From positions 108,171 through 172,170 of the forward strand of contig CAWIEW010000017.1 in NCBI GenBank assembly GCA_963835285.1: a stretch of DNA of 64,000 nt. Reading direction: 5' to 3'. The position numbers were made by a program, and so were the translations under genes. Below the pieces are notes generated by a model that was not told the origin of the DNA, searched no databases, and saw only the letters and a list, made by a program, of their open reading frames with translations. The stretch comes from an uncultured Solirubrobacteraceae bacterium (GTDB lineage Bacteria; Actinomycetota; Thermoleophilia; Solirubrobacterales; Solirubrobacteraceae). Positions within the stretch are counted from its first letter, which is position 1. Each line of letters begins with the position of its first letter. This document shows, in pieces, positions 27,285 through 36,821 of this stretch.

Positions 27285-29492
27285 ATGAGCGGATTCGAGG
27301 TGGGGTCGGTGGCGCCGGGCGTCTTCCGTGTGGGCTTGTTCGGTGACGGGCGGCCGGCGGATTACTCGAGCCCGGCGATCGTCGTTGGCGAGCCGGTCGA
27401 GACGGTGCCGGTCGAAGCCGGCCTCGACACGGCGTTCGGGAGCGTCCGCTGGGCGGACGGGCTGCTGTCCTTCGCAGACGCGGACGGGAACGTGGTCGCC
27501 GCGGACGCGGAGCCGATGACGCTGGCCGGGGAATCGAACCCGTTCGCCGTGCCGGTGACCGGCGGCGGGCCGCGACTGGTCAAGCGCCGCGCCGCCGGCG
27601 AGCGCTTCTTCGCGTGCGGCGAGCGCACGAGCGGGCTCGAGAAGACCGGCTCGCACCAGGTGTTCTGGAACGTCGACCCGCCGCAGGGACACACGGCCTC
27701 GTTCAACAACCTCTACACGTCGATCCCGTTCGTGCTCTCCCTGACCGACGGCCGGGCGCACGGCGTCTTCTTCGACAGCACCCACCGGGTCGAGATCGAC
27801 CTCGCCAAGGAGGACCCCGAGCGCGTCACGTTCTCGGCCGCGGGCGGCGACCTCGTCTACTACGTGATCCTCGGGCCGACGCCCGCCGACGTGCTCGAGC
27901 GCTACACCGCGCTGACGGGGCGCACCCCGATGCCGCCGCTGTGGGCGCTCGGCAACCAGCAGTCGCGCTGGAGCTACATGAGCGCCGACGAGCTGCGCGA
28001 GATCGCCGCCGGCTTCCGGTCGCGCGGGATCCCCTGCGACGTGCTGTACCTCGACATCGACTACATGGACGGCTACCGCGTCTTCACGTGGGATGAAGAG
28101 CGCTTCCCGGACCCGGCCGGACTCATCTCATCGCTCGGCGACGACGGGTTCCGGCTGGTGACGATCGTCGACCCGGGCGTGAAGGCCGACACGGCCTACG
28201 ACGTCTATCTCGAAGGTCGCGCGCGCGGCTACTTCTGCGTCACGCGGTCCGGCGAGGAGTACCGCAACGTCGTCTGGCCCGGCATCTGCGCGTTCCCGGA
28301 CTTCTCGCAGGAGGCGGTGCGCACATGGTGGGGCGCGCTGCACGAGCGCCTGCTCGACGCCGGCGTGGCAGGCGTGTGGTGCGACATGAACGAGCCGGCC
28401 CTGTTCGTGCCGCTGCAGTCGACGATGCCGGACGACATCGTGCACAAGGGCGACGGACGCCCGCGGCATCACGCCGAGGTCCACAACGCGTACGGGCAGT
28501 GGATGGCGCAGGCGACGCGTTCCGGACTCGCCAGCGCTCGCCCGGAACGTCGCCCGTTCGTGATCTCGCGCGCCGGCTACGCGGGCCTGCAGCGGCACGC
28601 GCTGCAGTGGACGGGCGACAACTCGTCGTGGTGGGAGCACCTGTGGATGTCGATGCCCCAGCTTCAGAACCTCGGACTGTCCGGGATCGCCTGGGCGGGC
28701 GTGGACATCGGCGGCTTCTTCGACGACTGCAACGGCGAGCTGCTCGCGCGCTGGACCGAGTTCGGCATCTTCCAGCCGTTCGTGCGCAACCACTCGGCGA
28801 TGGGTACGGCGAAGCAGGAGCCGTGGGCGTTCGGGGAGCCGTGGGAGTCGATCTGCCGCGAGATGCTGCGGCTGCGGATGCAGCTGGTGCCGTACCTGTA
28901 CACCGCATTCGAGGCGTGCCACCGCACCGGCGCGCCGGTGCTGCGTCCGCTGCTCTTCGACCATCCCGACGACCCCGATACGTACGCGGCCGACGACCAG
29001 TTCCTCGTCGGCTCCGACCTGCTCGTGGCCCCGATCACGCGGCCGGGCGTCGAGCACCGGCACGTGTACCTGCCCGCCGGCACCTGGCACCACTTCTGGA
29101 CCGGCGAGCGCTTCGGCGGCCCGGCGCACATCCTCGCCCACGCACCGCTGGGCCAACCGGCGGTCTACGTCCGCGCCAACACCCCGATCCCGCTCGGCGA
29201 CCCCGTCATGCACACCGGCGAGCCGTCCGGCCTGACGTGGCGCGTGTTCGTCTCACCGGGCTCCGGCAGCGCGTCGCTCTACGAGGACGCCGGCGATGGC
29301 TACGGCGCGTGCTCGCGCCGCACGGCGCACGTGGAGACCGAGGCGGACGGCCGCGTGCGTTTCTCGCTCTCCGAGCGGGAAGGCTCATACGTACCCACGC
29401 GATCGAGCACCCGGGTGGATCTCGGCGCCGAGGTGATCGACCTCGATGAGGCCGCGGAGCCCGTGGTGATAGAACGCGTGGTTGATCTCTGA
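27285..29492 (+). CDS. GH31 alpha-glucosidase
   Basis: GVWCDMNEP catalytic nucleophile region and WTGDN motif; ATG at 27285 (upstream ORF part is antisense to proS). Confidence 0.9.
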   Translation: MSGFEVGSVAPGVFRVGLFGDGRPADYSSPAIVVGEPVETVPVEAGLDTAFGSVRWADGLLSFADADGNVVAADAEPMTLAGESNPFAVPVTGGGPRLVKRRAAGERFFACGERTSGLEKTGSHQVFWNVDPPQGHTASFNNLYTSIPFVLSLTDGRAHGVFFDSTHRVEIDLAKEDPERVTFSAAGGDLVYYVILGPTPADVLERYTALTGRTPMPPLWALGNQQSRWSYMSADELREIAAGFRSRGIPCDVLYLDIDYMDGYRVFTWDEERFPDPAGLISSLGDDGFRLVTIVDPGVKADTAYDVYLEGRARGYFCVTRSGEEYRNVVWPGICAFPDFSQEAVRTWWGALHERLLDAGVAGVWCDMNEPALFVPLQSTMPDDIVHKGDGRPRHHAEVHNAYGQWMAQATRSGLASARPERRPFVISRAGYAGLQRHALQWTGDNSSWWEHLWMSMPQLQNLGLSGIAWAGVDIGGFFDDCNGELLARWTEFGIFQPFVRNHSAMGTAKQEPWAFGEPWESICREMLRLRMQLVPYLYTAFEACHRTGAPVLRPLLFDHPDDPDTYAADDQFLVGSDLLVAPITRPGVEHRHVYLPAGTWHHFWTGERFGGPAHILAHAPLGQPAVYVRANTPIPLGDPVMHTGEPSGLTWRVFVSPGSGSASLYEDAGDGYGACSRRTAHVETEADGRVRFSLSEREGSYVPTRSSTRVDLGAEVIDLDEAAEPVVIERVVDL

Positions 29493-29508
29493 CGACTGAC
29501 AGGAGCTA

Positions 29509-30117
29509 TTGATGGCCTACGAGGTTCCCGCGCTCCCCTACGCGTACGACGCTCTGGAGCCGCACATCGACGAGGCGACGATGCGCGTCCACCACGACAA
29601 GCACCACCAGGCCTACGTCGACAAGGTCAACGCCGCGCTCGAGGGCACGGAATGGGCCGACAAGCCGATCGAGGAGGTCCTCAAGAACCTCGATTCCCTG
29701 CCCTCTGACAAGCAGAAGCCGGTCCGCAACAACGGCGGCGGCCACTACAACCACTCGCTGTTCTGGGAGTGGATGAGCCCCGACGGCGGTGGCGAGCCCT
29801 CCGGCGCGCTGGCCGACGCGATCAACTCCGCCTTCGGTTCGTTCTCGGACTTCCAGGCGAAGTTCAAGGAGACCGGCGTCAACCAGTTCGGCTCGGGCTG
29901 GTCGTGGCTGGTCCACGACGGCTCCGGCCTCGCCGTCGTCGGCAGCGCCAACCAGGACAACCCGATCTCGTCGGGCCAGACGCCGCTGCTCGGCGTCGAC
30001 GTCTGGGAGCACGCGTACTACCTCAAGTACCAGAACAAGCGCCCGGACTACATCGACGCCTGGTGGAACGTGGTCAACTGGGCCAAGGTCGGCGAAGGGT
30101 TCGACGCCGTCGGCTGA
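29509..30117 (+). CDS. sodA: Fe/Mn superoxide dismutase
   Basis: [28 protein letters not shown] signatures. Confidence 0.95.
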   Translation: MMAYEVPALPYAYDALEPHIDEATMRVHHDKHHQAYVDKVNAALEGTEWADKPIEEVLKNLDSLPSDKQKPVRNNGGGHYNHSLFWEWMSPDGGGEPSGALADAINSAFGSFSDFQAKFKETGVNQFGSGWSWLVHDGSGLAVVGSANQDNPISSGQTPLLGVDVWEHAYYLKYQNKRPDYIDAWWNVVNWAKVGEGFDAVG

Positions 30118-30155
30118 GCCGCTCCGGCCTGCGGCTTTCTTCGCACCGCGATCGC

Positions 30156-30175
30156 GGGGGCACGCGGATGCCCCC
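30156..30175 (+). terminator. GC hairpin downstream of sodA (no U-tract)
   Basis: gggggca-cgcgga-tgccccc, 39 nt after the sodA stop; preceded by the palindrome CCGCGATCGCGG. Confidence 0.4.
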
Positions 30176-30226
30176 GCACCCGCGGCCGCCTACCGTGGGT
30201 GAAAGACGACCCAAGGAGGCGACACG

Positions 30227-31036
30227 ATGACTGGCCTCTATGTAGCGCTGATCGTGATCGCGGTTCTGGCGCTGGTGTTGCTGGCGGCGGCGATCCACGT
30301 CTTCAAGCAGTACGAGCGCGGCGTGTTGTTCCGCCTCGGCAAGCTCAAGGACGGGCCACGCGGACCCGGGCTCGTCCTCATCATCCCGATCATCGACCAG
30401 ATCAAGCGGGTGTCCCTGCGGATCGTCACGATGCCGATCCAGTCGCAGGGGATCATCACGCGCGACAACGTCAGCGTCGATATCGCGGCCGTCGCCTACT
30501 ACCGCGTCAAGGACGCGGTCCGGTCGGTCATCGCGATCGAGGACGTCAAGGCGGCGATCAACCAGATCGCCCAGACCACGCTGCGATCGGTCGTCGGGCA
30601 GCACACGCTGGACGAGACGCTGGCCGACACCGAGAAGATCAACCAGCACATCCGCGAGATCCTCGACGTGCAGACAGAGGAGTGGGGCGTCCAGGTCACG
30701 CTCGTCGAGCTCAAGGACATCCAGCTCCCCGAGAGCATGAAGCGGGCGATGGCCAAGCAGGCGGAGGCCGAGCGCGAGAAGCGCGCCAAGATCATCGCCG
30801 CCGAGGGCGAGGCGCTCGCCGCAGGCCAGCTGGCCGTGGCGTCGGACATGATGATGGATCACCCCATCGCGCTGCAGTTGCGCAATCTCCAGACCCTGCT
30901 GGAGATCTCCGTCGACAAGAACTCCACGGTCGTCTTCCCGGCGCCGCTGATGAGCACGATCGAGGAGATCGGCACCTTTGTGACGCGCGAGAACCACAGC
31001 GCGCGCGAGCTCGCGGCGCTGACGGCCGACGGGTGA
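30227..31036 (+). CDS. SPFH/band-7 (stomatin-like) membrane protein
   Basis: N-terminal TM helix, then the SPFH core ...YERGVLFRLGK...RIVTMPIQSQGIITRDNV... and a coiled-coil AEAEREKRAKIIAAEGE. Confidence 0.9.
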   Translation: MTGLYVALIVIAVLALVLLAAAIHVFKQYERGVLFRLGKLKDGPRGPGLVLIIPIIDQIKRVSLRIVTMPIQSQGIITRDNVSVDIAAVAYYRVKDAVRSVIAIEDVKAAINQIAQTTLRSVVGQHTLDETLADTEKINQHIREILDVQTEEWGVQVTLVELKDIQLPESMKRAMAKQAEAEREKRAKIIAAEGEALAAGQLAVASDMMMDHPIALQLRNLQTLLEISVDKNSTVVFPAPLMSTIEEIGTFVTRENHSARELAALTADG

Positions 31037-31042
31037 GCGGGT

Positions 31043-31957
31043 ATGACGACGCCTGTGCCGACCGGCCGTAGGGTCCCCTCCGAGGCCGCGGGCCTGGCGC
31101 GGATGCTCGGCGCGATGGGCGCCGACGTCGTCCGCGCGACCGACCCGCGGCCGCACGCCGCCACCGATCCGCTCGACCTGCGCGATCCCGCGTACATCCG
31201 CCGCACGCTGCCGTGGCTGCGGGCGCTGGCGCAGGTCTACTTCCGCGCCGACGTGCGCGGGCTGGAGCGCATCCCGCCCGAGGGCCCCGTGCTGCTGGTC
31301 GGCAACCACTCGGGCGGGACGCTGATCGCCGACACGTTCGTGTTCGGCCAGGCGTTCTACGACCACTTCGGCGCCGACCGCGTGTTTCACCAGCTCGCGC
31401 ACGACCTCGTCTTCAAGGTGCCGGGGATCCGCGCCATGCTGATCCCGTACGGGACCGTGCCGGCCTCGCCGGCGAACATGCGCCGCGCGCTCGCCCGCGG
31501 CGCGGCGCTGCTCGTGTATCCCGGTGGCGACCACGAGACGTACCGTGCGAGCTGGCACTCGGCCGAGATCGACTTCGCGCACCGGACCGGCTTCGCCCGC
31601 CTGGCGATGCAGCAGAAGGTGCGGATCGTCCCGGTCGTCTCGATCGGCGGTCAGGAGACCGCGCTGTTCCTCGGCCAGGGAGAGCGGATCGCCCGGCTGC
31701 TGCACCTGCACCGGCTGCTGCGCGTCGACGTCGCGCCGGTCCAGATCGCCCCGCCCCTCGGGGTGACCGTGTTCGACCTGCCGGGCCGGATCCCGCTGCC
31801 CGCGAAGATCACGATCCAGGTCCTGGAGCCGATCGACCTCGCGGCAGAGCTCGGCCCGGGCGGCGATCCCGAGGACGCTTACACGCTCGTCACGGACCGC
31901 ATGCAGGACGCGCTGGACGTGCTCGCCGGCGAGCGCCGGCTCCCGATCATCGGGTGA
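31043..31957 (+). CDS. lysophospholipid/glycerolipid acyltransferase-family protein
   Basis: GPVLLVGNHSGGTLIAD and LVYPGGDHE blocks, typical of LPLAT/DAGAT-like acyltransferases. Confidence 0.65.
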   Translation: MTTPVPTGRRVPSEAAGLARMLGAMGADVVRATDPRPHAATDPLDLRDPAYIRRTLPWLRALAQVYFRADVRGLERIPPEGPVLLVGNHSGGTLIADTFVFGQAFYDHFGADRVFHQLAHDLVFKVPGIRAMLIPYGTVPASPANMRRALARGAALLVYPGGDHETYRASWHSAEIDFAHRTGFARLAMQQKVRIVPVVSIGGQETALFLGQGERIARLLHLHRLLRVDVAPVQIAPPLGVTVFDLPGRIPLPAKITIQVLEPIDLAAELGPGGDPEDAYTLVTDRMQDALDVLAGERRLPIIG

Positions 31958-33221
31958 TCAGGCGCGCGTGAAGCGGCGCCCCGACGTGGGCGACGCGGAC
32001 TCGTCGAGCCGCAGCACGTCGTCCATCGCGTCGGCGTCGGCCCGGGCCGTCTCGGCCTCGAGCTTGGCGAGCCGCTCCGGCGTGAGCTCGCCCTGCGTTC
32101 TCCTCCTCGATCCGCTGCAGCCACTCGGCGCCCGCGGCCTGCTCGCCGGCGTCGACGTCGATCCGCTTGGTCTTCGCGTACTTGTCGATCTCGAGGAACA
32201 GCTCGTCGACCAGGCGCTCCTGCGGCACCTTCTTCAGCGGCTTGCCGCGGGAGAAGATCAGGCCCTCGTTCTTGGCGCCGGTGATGCCGAAGTCGGCGTG
32301 CGAGGCCTCGCCGATGCCGTTGACCGCGCAGCCGAGGACGGCGACCTCGACCGGGTCCTCGTAGGCCTCGAGGCGGCGCTCGATGTCGGCCACCACGGTG
32401 TCCATGTCGAACTGCAGGCGCCCGCAGGTCGGGCAGGCGATCAGGACCGGGCCGCGCTCGCGCAGCTTCAGCGCCTTGAGGATCTCCCAGGCGACCTTGA
32501 CCTCTTCCTCGGCGTGGAAGGTCGAGAGCGAGATGCGGATCGTGTCGCCGATCCCGTCGGCCAGCAGCGTGCCGAGCCCGACCGCCGACTTCAGCGAGCC
32601 CGACCACTTGGTCCCGGCCTCGGTGATGCCGAGGTGCAGCGGGTACGGGATCCGCTCGCTCAGCAGGCGGTTCGCCGCGATCGTGTAGGGCACGTTCGTC
32701 GACTTGATCGACACCTTGAAGTCCTCGAACTCCAGCCGCTCCATCAGCGCGACGAACTCGACCGCGGCCGTGACCAGCGCCTCGACCGGGTTCTCGCGCT
32801 CGAGCGCGTGCAGGTGCTTGGGCAGCGAGCCGGAGTTCACGCCGATGCGCATCGGCGTGCCCGCCGCCCGCGCCCGGTCCGCCACCTCGGCGACCTTCTC
32901 GGGGCCGCCGATGTTGCCCGGGTTCAGGCGGATGCAGTGCGCGCCGGCGTCGATCGCCTTGAGCGCCAGCGTGTGGTTGAAGTGGATGTCGGCGATGACG
33001 GGGATCGGCGACTCGACCACGATCGTCTTGAGCGCCTCGATGTCCTTGTCGCGCGGCACGGCGACGCGCACGATGTCGGCGCCGGCGTCCGCGACCTGGC
33101 GGATCTGGTCCATCGTCGCGGCGAGGTTCGCCGTCTCGGTCTTGGTCATGGTCTGCACGGCGACGGGCGCGCCGCCGCCGATCTGGACCCCGCCGACGTT
33201 CACTGAGCGCTCGGAAGCCAC
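31958..33221 (-). pseudogene. ispG: 4-hydroxy-3-methylbut-2-enyl diphosphate synthase, with an apparent 1-nt insertion about 45 codons before the end (near 32090)
   Basis: Full GcpE sequence including CPTCGR and GCAVNGIGEA. After ...RIEEENAG the natural continuation ELTPERLAKLEAETARADADAMDDV...RFTRA* is in another frame and ends at the TGA at 31958-31960. Confidence 0.9.
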
Positions 33222-33245
33222 GCCACCAGTCTACGAGCGCAGGAT

Positions 33246-33686
33246 TCAGTAGAAGACGTAGCGGAACCGGGTCCCGTCACAGAATCGCCGCAACTTGATG
33301 CCCAATACGGCGCCGTGGGAGCGGTTCTCCGAGCTCGGGACGTAGGCGACGTCGGCCGGCGCGCGGCGCCGCCCGACCGCCGGCGGGTACTCGTCGCGGT
33401 CGTAGCCCTCGCGGGTCGGGACGTCCTCGAGCAGCCGGTCGCGGCGGTCGTCGGCGCCCGGCCGGTGCAGCGTCAGCACCCGCGGCCAGCCGCGCTTCAG
33501 CGCCCGCAGGAAGTGGCGCCGGATGTGCGGGTACTTCGTCGCGCTGAAGCCGATCGAGGCGACGCCGTTTGGCCGCGTGCACTCGCGCGGCGTCGGCGGC
33601 TTCTCGGGCGAGCGCGCGGTGGGCTGCGCGGGCGCCTCGCAGCCCGCGAGCGACAGCGCCAGGAGGGCGACGACGACGGCACGCAT
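33246..33686 (-). CDS. lipoprotein with NucA/NucB-like secreted deoxyribonuclease domain
   Basis: Lipobox LSLAGC; ...YDRDEYPPA... resembles the DEYPFA core of the NucA/NucB family. Confidence 0.55.
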   Translation of the reverse strand: MRAVVVALLALSLAGCEAPAQPTARSPEKPPTPRECTRPNGVASIGFSATKYPHIRRHFLRALKRGWPRVLTLHRPGADDRRDRLLEDVPTREGYDRDEYPPAVGRRRAPADVAYVPSSENRSHGAVLGIKLRRFCDGTRFRYVFY

Positions 33687-33762
33687 CGCCTAAAGGCTGC
33701 CTTACCTCGAACTGACGGGGCGCCGCAAGGCTCAGAGCGTCAACGACCGAAGGAGGTCCTGC

Positions 33763-34008
33763 ATGAAGCGAACGACGCTCGCCGTCGTGCTCGCCACCGG
33801 AGCCCTGGCGGTACCCGCCGTGGCGCTCGCACAAGGCGGAGGCGACGCGACGCCGACACCGACGCCGCAGCAGCAGGCACCGTCAGCGACACCGACCCCG
33901 CAGCCGCGCGACCAGGCGCCGCGGCAGGGTCACGACTGCCCGAACCACGACGGCGGAGGAGGCAGTTCCTCCGGCGGCGGCAGCTCGGGCAGCCAGACGG
34001 TCCTCTAG
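33763..34008 (+). CDS. small secreted low-complexity protein (81 aa)
   Basis: Strong AAGGAGG SD 7 nt upstream; signal peptide ...AVPAVALA/QGG; Pro/Thr-rich linker; HDCPNHD then a Gly/Ser tail. Confidence 0.5.
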   Translation: MKRTTLAVVLATGALAVPAVALAQGGGDATPTPTPQQQAPSATPTPQPRDQAPRQGHDCPNHDGGGGSSSGGGSSGSQTVL

Positions 34009-35741
34009 GCGTACAACGCCTCGATCTCGTTGGCGTACTTGGCGGCGATGGGCTTGCGCTTGAGCTTCATCGTCGGCGTGACCTCATCGCCGCCGGGTAG
34101 CCAGTCCCCCTCCACGATCAGGAACTTCTTGATGCCCTCCACGCGCGCGAGCTTCGCGTTGGCGGCGTCTACGCCCGCCTGCACCGCCGCTCGCATCCGC
34201 TCGTCGCGTGCCAGCGACGACAGGTCGGTGTCGGTGATGCCGTTCTGCGCCGCCCACGCCGGCGCGAAGTCCGAGTCGAGCACGATCAGCGCCGTGTTGT
34301 AGGGCCGCCCGTCGCCGATCACGCACGCCTGCCCGATCAGCGCGCTCGCGCCCTTCAGCGTCGACTCGATGTTCGCCGGCGACATGTTCTTGCCGGCCGC
34401 GTTGATGATGATCTCCTTCTTGCGGTCGACGATCGTGATGTAGCCGTCGTCGTCGATCGCCGCGATGTCGCCCGTGTGCAGCCAGCCGTCGGCGTCGAGC
34501 GCCTCGGCGGTCTTGTCCGGGTCGTTGCGATAGCCGGGCATCACGACGTCGGACCGGATCAGCAGCTCGCCGTCGTCGGCCAGCCGCACCTCGACGCCCG
34601 GGCCGGGCGGGCCGACCGTGCCGATCTTGACGCGGTCGGGCGGGTTGCAGGCGCCCGCCCCGCACGTCTCGGACATGCCCCACAGCTCGGCCAGCGGGAT
34701 CCCGATCGCGTGGAAGAACAGCAGCACCTCGCGGGGTGTCGGCGCGGCGCCGACGTTGACCGCGACGATCTCGTCGAGCCCCAGCATCGAGCGCAGGCCG
34801 GCGAACAGCTCGCGGTCGGCCTCCTCGACGGTGCTCAGCAGGTCGGACGGCACCTCCTCCCCCGCCTGCTCGAGCTCGACCTTGCGCGTCGCGCCCGCCA
34901 GCCACGCCTGGTTGCGGGTCGCGTTCTCGCCTTGCAGAAGGAAGGACTCCATCCCCGCCTTCAGCTTCTCCCAGATCCGCGGGACCGCGAAGAACCACGT
35001 CGGCCGCACCGCCGGCAGGTAGCCGACGATCTCGCGCGGGTTGTCGCAGCACGTGACCGTCATCGCGAACACGATCGGCAGGTAGTGGTGCGCCATCCGC
35101 TCGGCGATGTGCGCCGCCGGCAGCCACGAGATGACCTTCGCGCCTTCCGGGAACCGAACGATCGACTCGGTGAGCTTCGCCGCCGCCGTCAGGTTGCGGT
35201 GCACGAGCTGCACGCCCTTCGGCGGCCCGGTCGTCCCGGACGTGTAGATGAGCGTCACCACGTCCTCGGGACCGACCGCGCGCCAGTGCGGCTCGGCGTC
35301 GAACTCCTCGACCGAGGGCCAGCCTTCCTCGAGCACCAGCAGGTGCTCGACGTCGGTGCCGGCCGCCCGGAACGTGTCGGCGAAGGCCGACTCGATCAGC
35401 GCCACGCGCGCGCCCGCGTCGCCGACCACGTAGGCGATCTGCTCGGGCGAGAACGTCCCGTAGATCGAGAACGGCGTCGCCCCGAGCGTCATGACCGCGA
35501 GGTCGGCGATGTGGAACTCCGGCCGGTTGGAGAGCATGAGCGCGACGTTGTCGCCCTTGCGTACGCCGAGCTCGGCGAGCCCGCCGGCCAGCGCGTCGAC
35601 GCGCTCGCGCAGCTGGCTCCAGGTCAGCGAGACCTCGTCGTCTTTGGTGCGGACCGCGACGCGGTCCCCGAAATCCTCCGCCGTGAGCCGGAAGGCCTCG
35701 ACGATCGTGGTGGCCGTGGTGGCCCGTGTTGCGACGCTCAT
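34005..35741 (-). CDS. long-chain fatty-acid--CoA ligase (AMP-dependent synthetase)
   Basis: AMP-binding motif YTSGTTGPPKGV; 578 aa; ...GWLHTGDIA... Confidence 0.9.
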   Translation of the reverse strand: MSVATRATTATTIVEAFRLTAEDFGDRVAVRTKDDEVSLTWSQLRERVDALAGGLAELGVRKGDNVALMLSNRPEFHIADLAVMTLGATPFSIYGTFSPEQIAYVVGDAGARVALIESAFADTFRAAGTDVEHLLVLEEGWPSVEEFDAEPHWRAVGPEDVVTLIYTSGTTGPPKGVQLVHRNLTAAAKLTESIVRFPEGAKVISWLPAAHIAERMAHHYLPIVFAMTVTCCDNPREIVGYLPAVRPTWFFAVPRIWEKLKAGMESFLLQGENATRNQAWLAGATRKVELEQAGEEVPSDLLSTVEEADRELFAGLRSMLGLDEIVAVNVGAAPTPREVLLFFHAIGIPLAELWGMSETCGAGACNPPDRVKIGTVGPPGPGVEVRLADDGELLIRSDVVMPGYRNDPDKTAEALDADGWLHTGDIAAIDDDGYITIVDRKKEIIINAAGKNMSPANIESTLKGASALIGQACVIGDGRPYNTALIVLDSDFAPAWAAQNGITDTDLSSLARDERMRAAVQAGVDAANAKLARVEGIKKFLIVEGDWLPGGDEVTPTMKLKRKPIAAKYANEIEALYA

Positions 35742-35750
35742 TGAGCGACC

Positions 35751-36821
35751 CTACCTGACGCCGAAGCCCTCGCCGGTCAGTCGCCCGATGTCGTTCGTGA
35801 AGCCGACCATGAACAGCCCGATCACGAGCACGAAGCCGATGAAACCGGCACGCTCCATCACGCTGAACGGAATCGCCCGGCCGCGAACCTTCTCGGCCAG
35901 CGCCCAGAAGATGTGCCCGCCGTCGAGCGGGAGGAACGGGAACAGGTTGATGACGCCGAGCGACAGGCTGATGATCGCCAGCAGGTAGATCGCCCGCTCG
36001 AAGCTCAGCTCGATCGTCTGCCGCGTCACCTCGTAGGACCCGACGACGCCGGAGATGTCCTTGCGCTTCTCGGCGTTGAAGATGTTGGCGATCGTGTCGA
36101 CGGTCTTGCGCGTGAAGAACCACATCTCGTCGACCGAGCGGTGCGCGGAGTCGACCGGGCCGACGCTCTCATGCGTGGTCCCGGCCAGGAACCCCACGAA
36201 CATGTCGTCCTCGGCGGCGTTGTAGACCGGCCTGACCCGGACCGTGAGGTCCTTGCCGCCGCGCTGCACGAGCAGCGTCGCGTACGTCGCCGAAGCGCAG
36301 CCGTTGGTCGGCGTGCCGGCGCAGCGGTGCGTGGAGATCTGGCGGCGCATCGCGGCGAAATCGCCCTTCACGCCGTCGACGGAGAGGATCCGGTCGCCGG
36401 TCTTCAGGTCGAGGTACGCGGGCTCGGCGGTGACGCCGGCGACGGTGTTGTTGGGCTGCTGGATGCCGTTCGCCATCAGCAGCACCCACAGGATCAGGAA
36501 CGCCAGCACGATGTTCACGGCCGGACCCGCCCCGATCACGACGATCCGCTTCCACACCGGCTGGCGGTAATAGGCGCGGTGGGCGACCTGCGGCGGGATC
36601 TCCTCCTGCGGGTTCATCCCGGTGATCTTCACGTAGCCCCCGAGCGGGATCGCCCCGATCGCGTACTCCGTGTCGCCCCACCGGCGGCGGGCGACGAGCG
36701 GCGGGAAGAACAGCGAGAAGCGCTCCACGCGCATGCCGACGGCCTTTGCCGCCGTGAAGTGGCCGAGCTCGTGCAGGATGATCAGCAGGGCGAAGCCGAG
36801 GAACGCGAGCACGAAGCTCAT
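35751..36821 (-). CDS. rseP: RIP site-2 metalloprotease (M50) with PDZ domain
   Basis: HELGHF zinc motif in the first TM helix and NLFPFLPLDGG motif; ATG at 36821 overlaps the dxr stop (ATGA). Confidence 0.85.
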   Translation of the reverse strand: MSFVLAFLGFALLIILHELGHFTAAKAVGMRVERFSLFFPPLVARRRWGDTEYAIGAIPLGGYVKITGMNPQEEIPPQVAHRAYYRQPVWKRIVVIGAGPAVNIVLAFLILWVLLMANGIQQPNNTVAGVTAEPAYLDLKTGDRILSVDGVKGDFAAMRRQISTHRCAGTPTNGCASATYATLLVQRGGKDLTVRVRPVYNAAEDDMFVGFLAGTTHESVGPVDSAHRSVDEMWFFTRKTVDTIANIFNAEKRKDISGVVGSYEVTRQTIELSFERAIYLLAIISLSLGVINLFPFLPLDGGHIFWALAEKVRGRAIPFSVMERAGFIGFVLVIGLFMVGFTNDIGRLTGEGFGVR

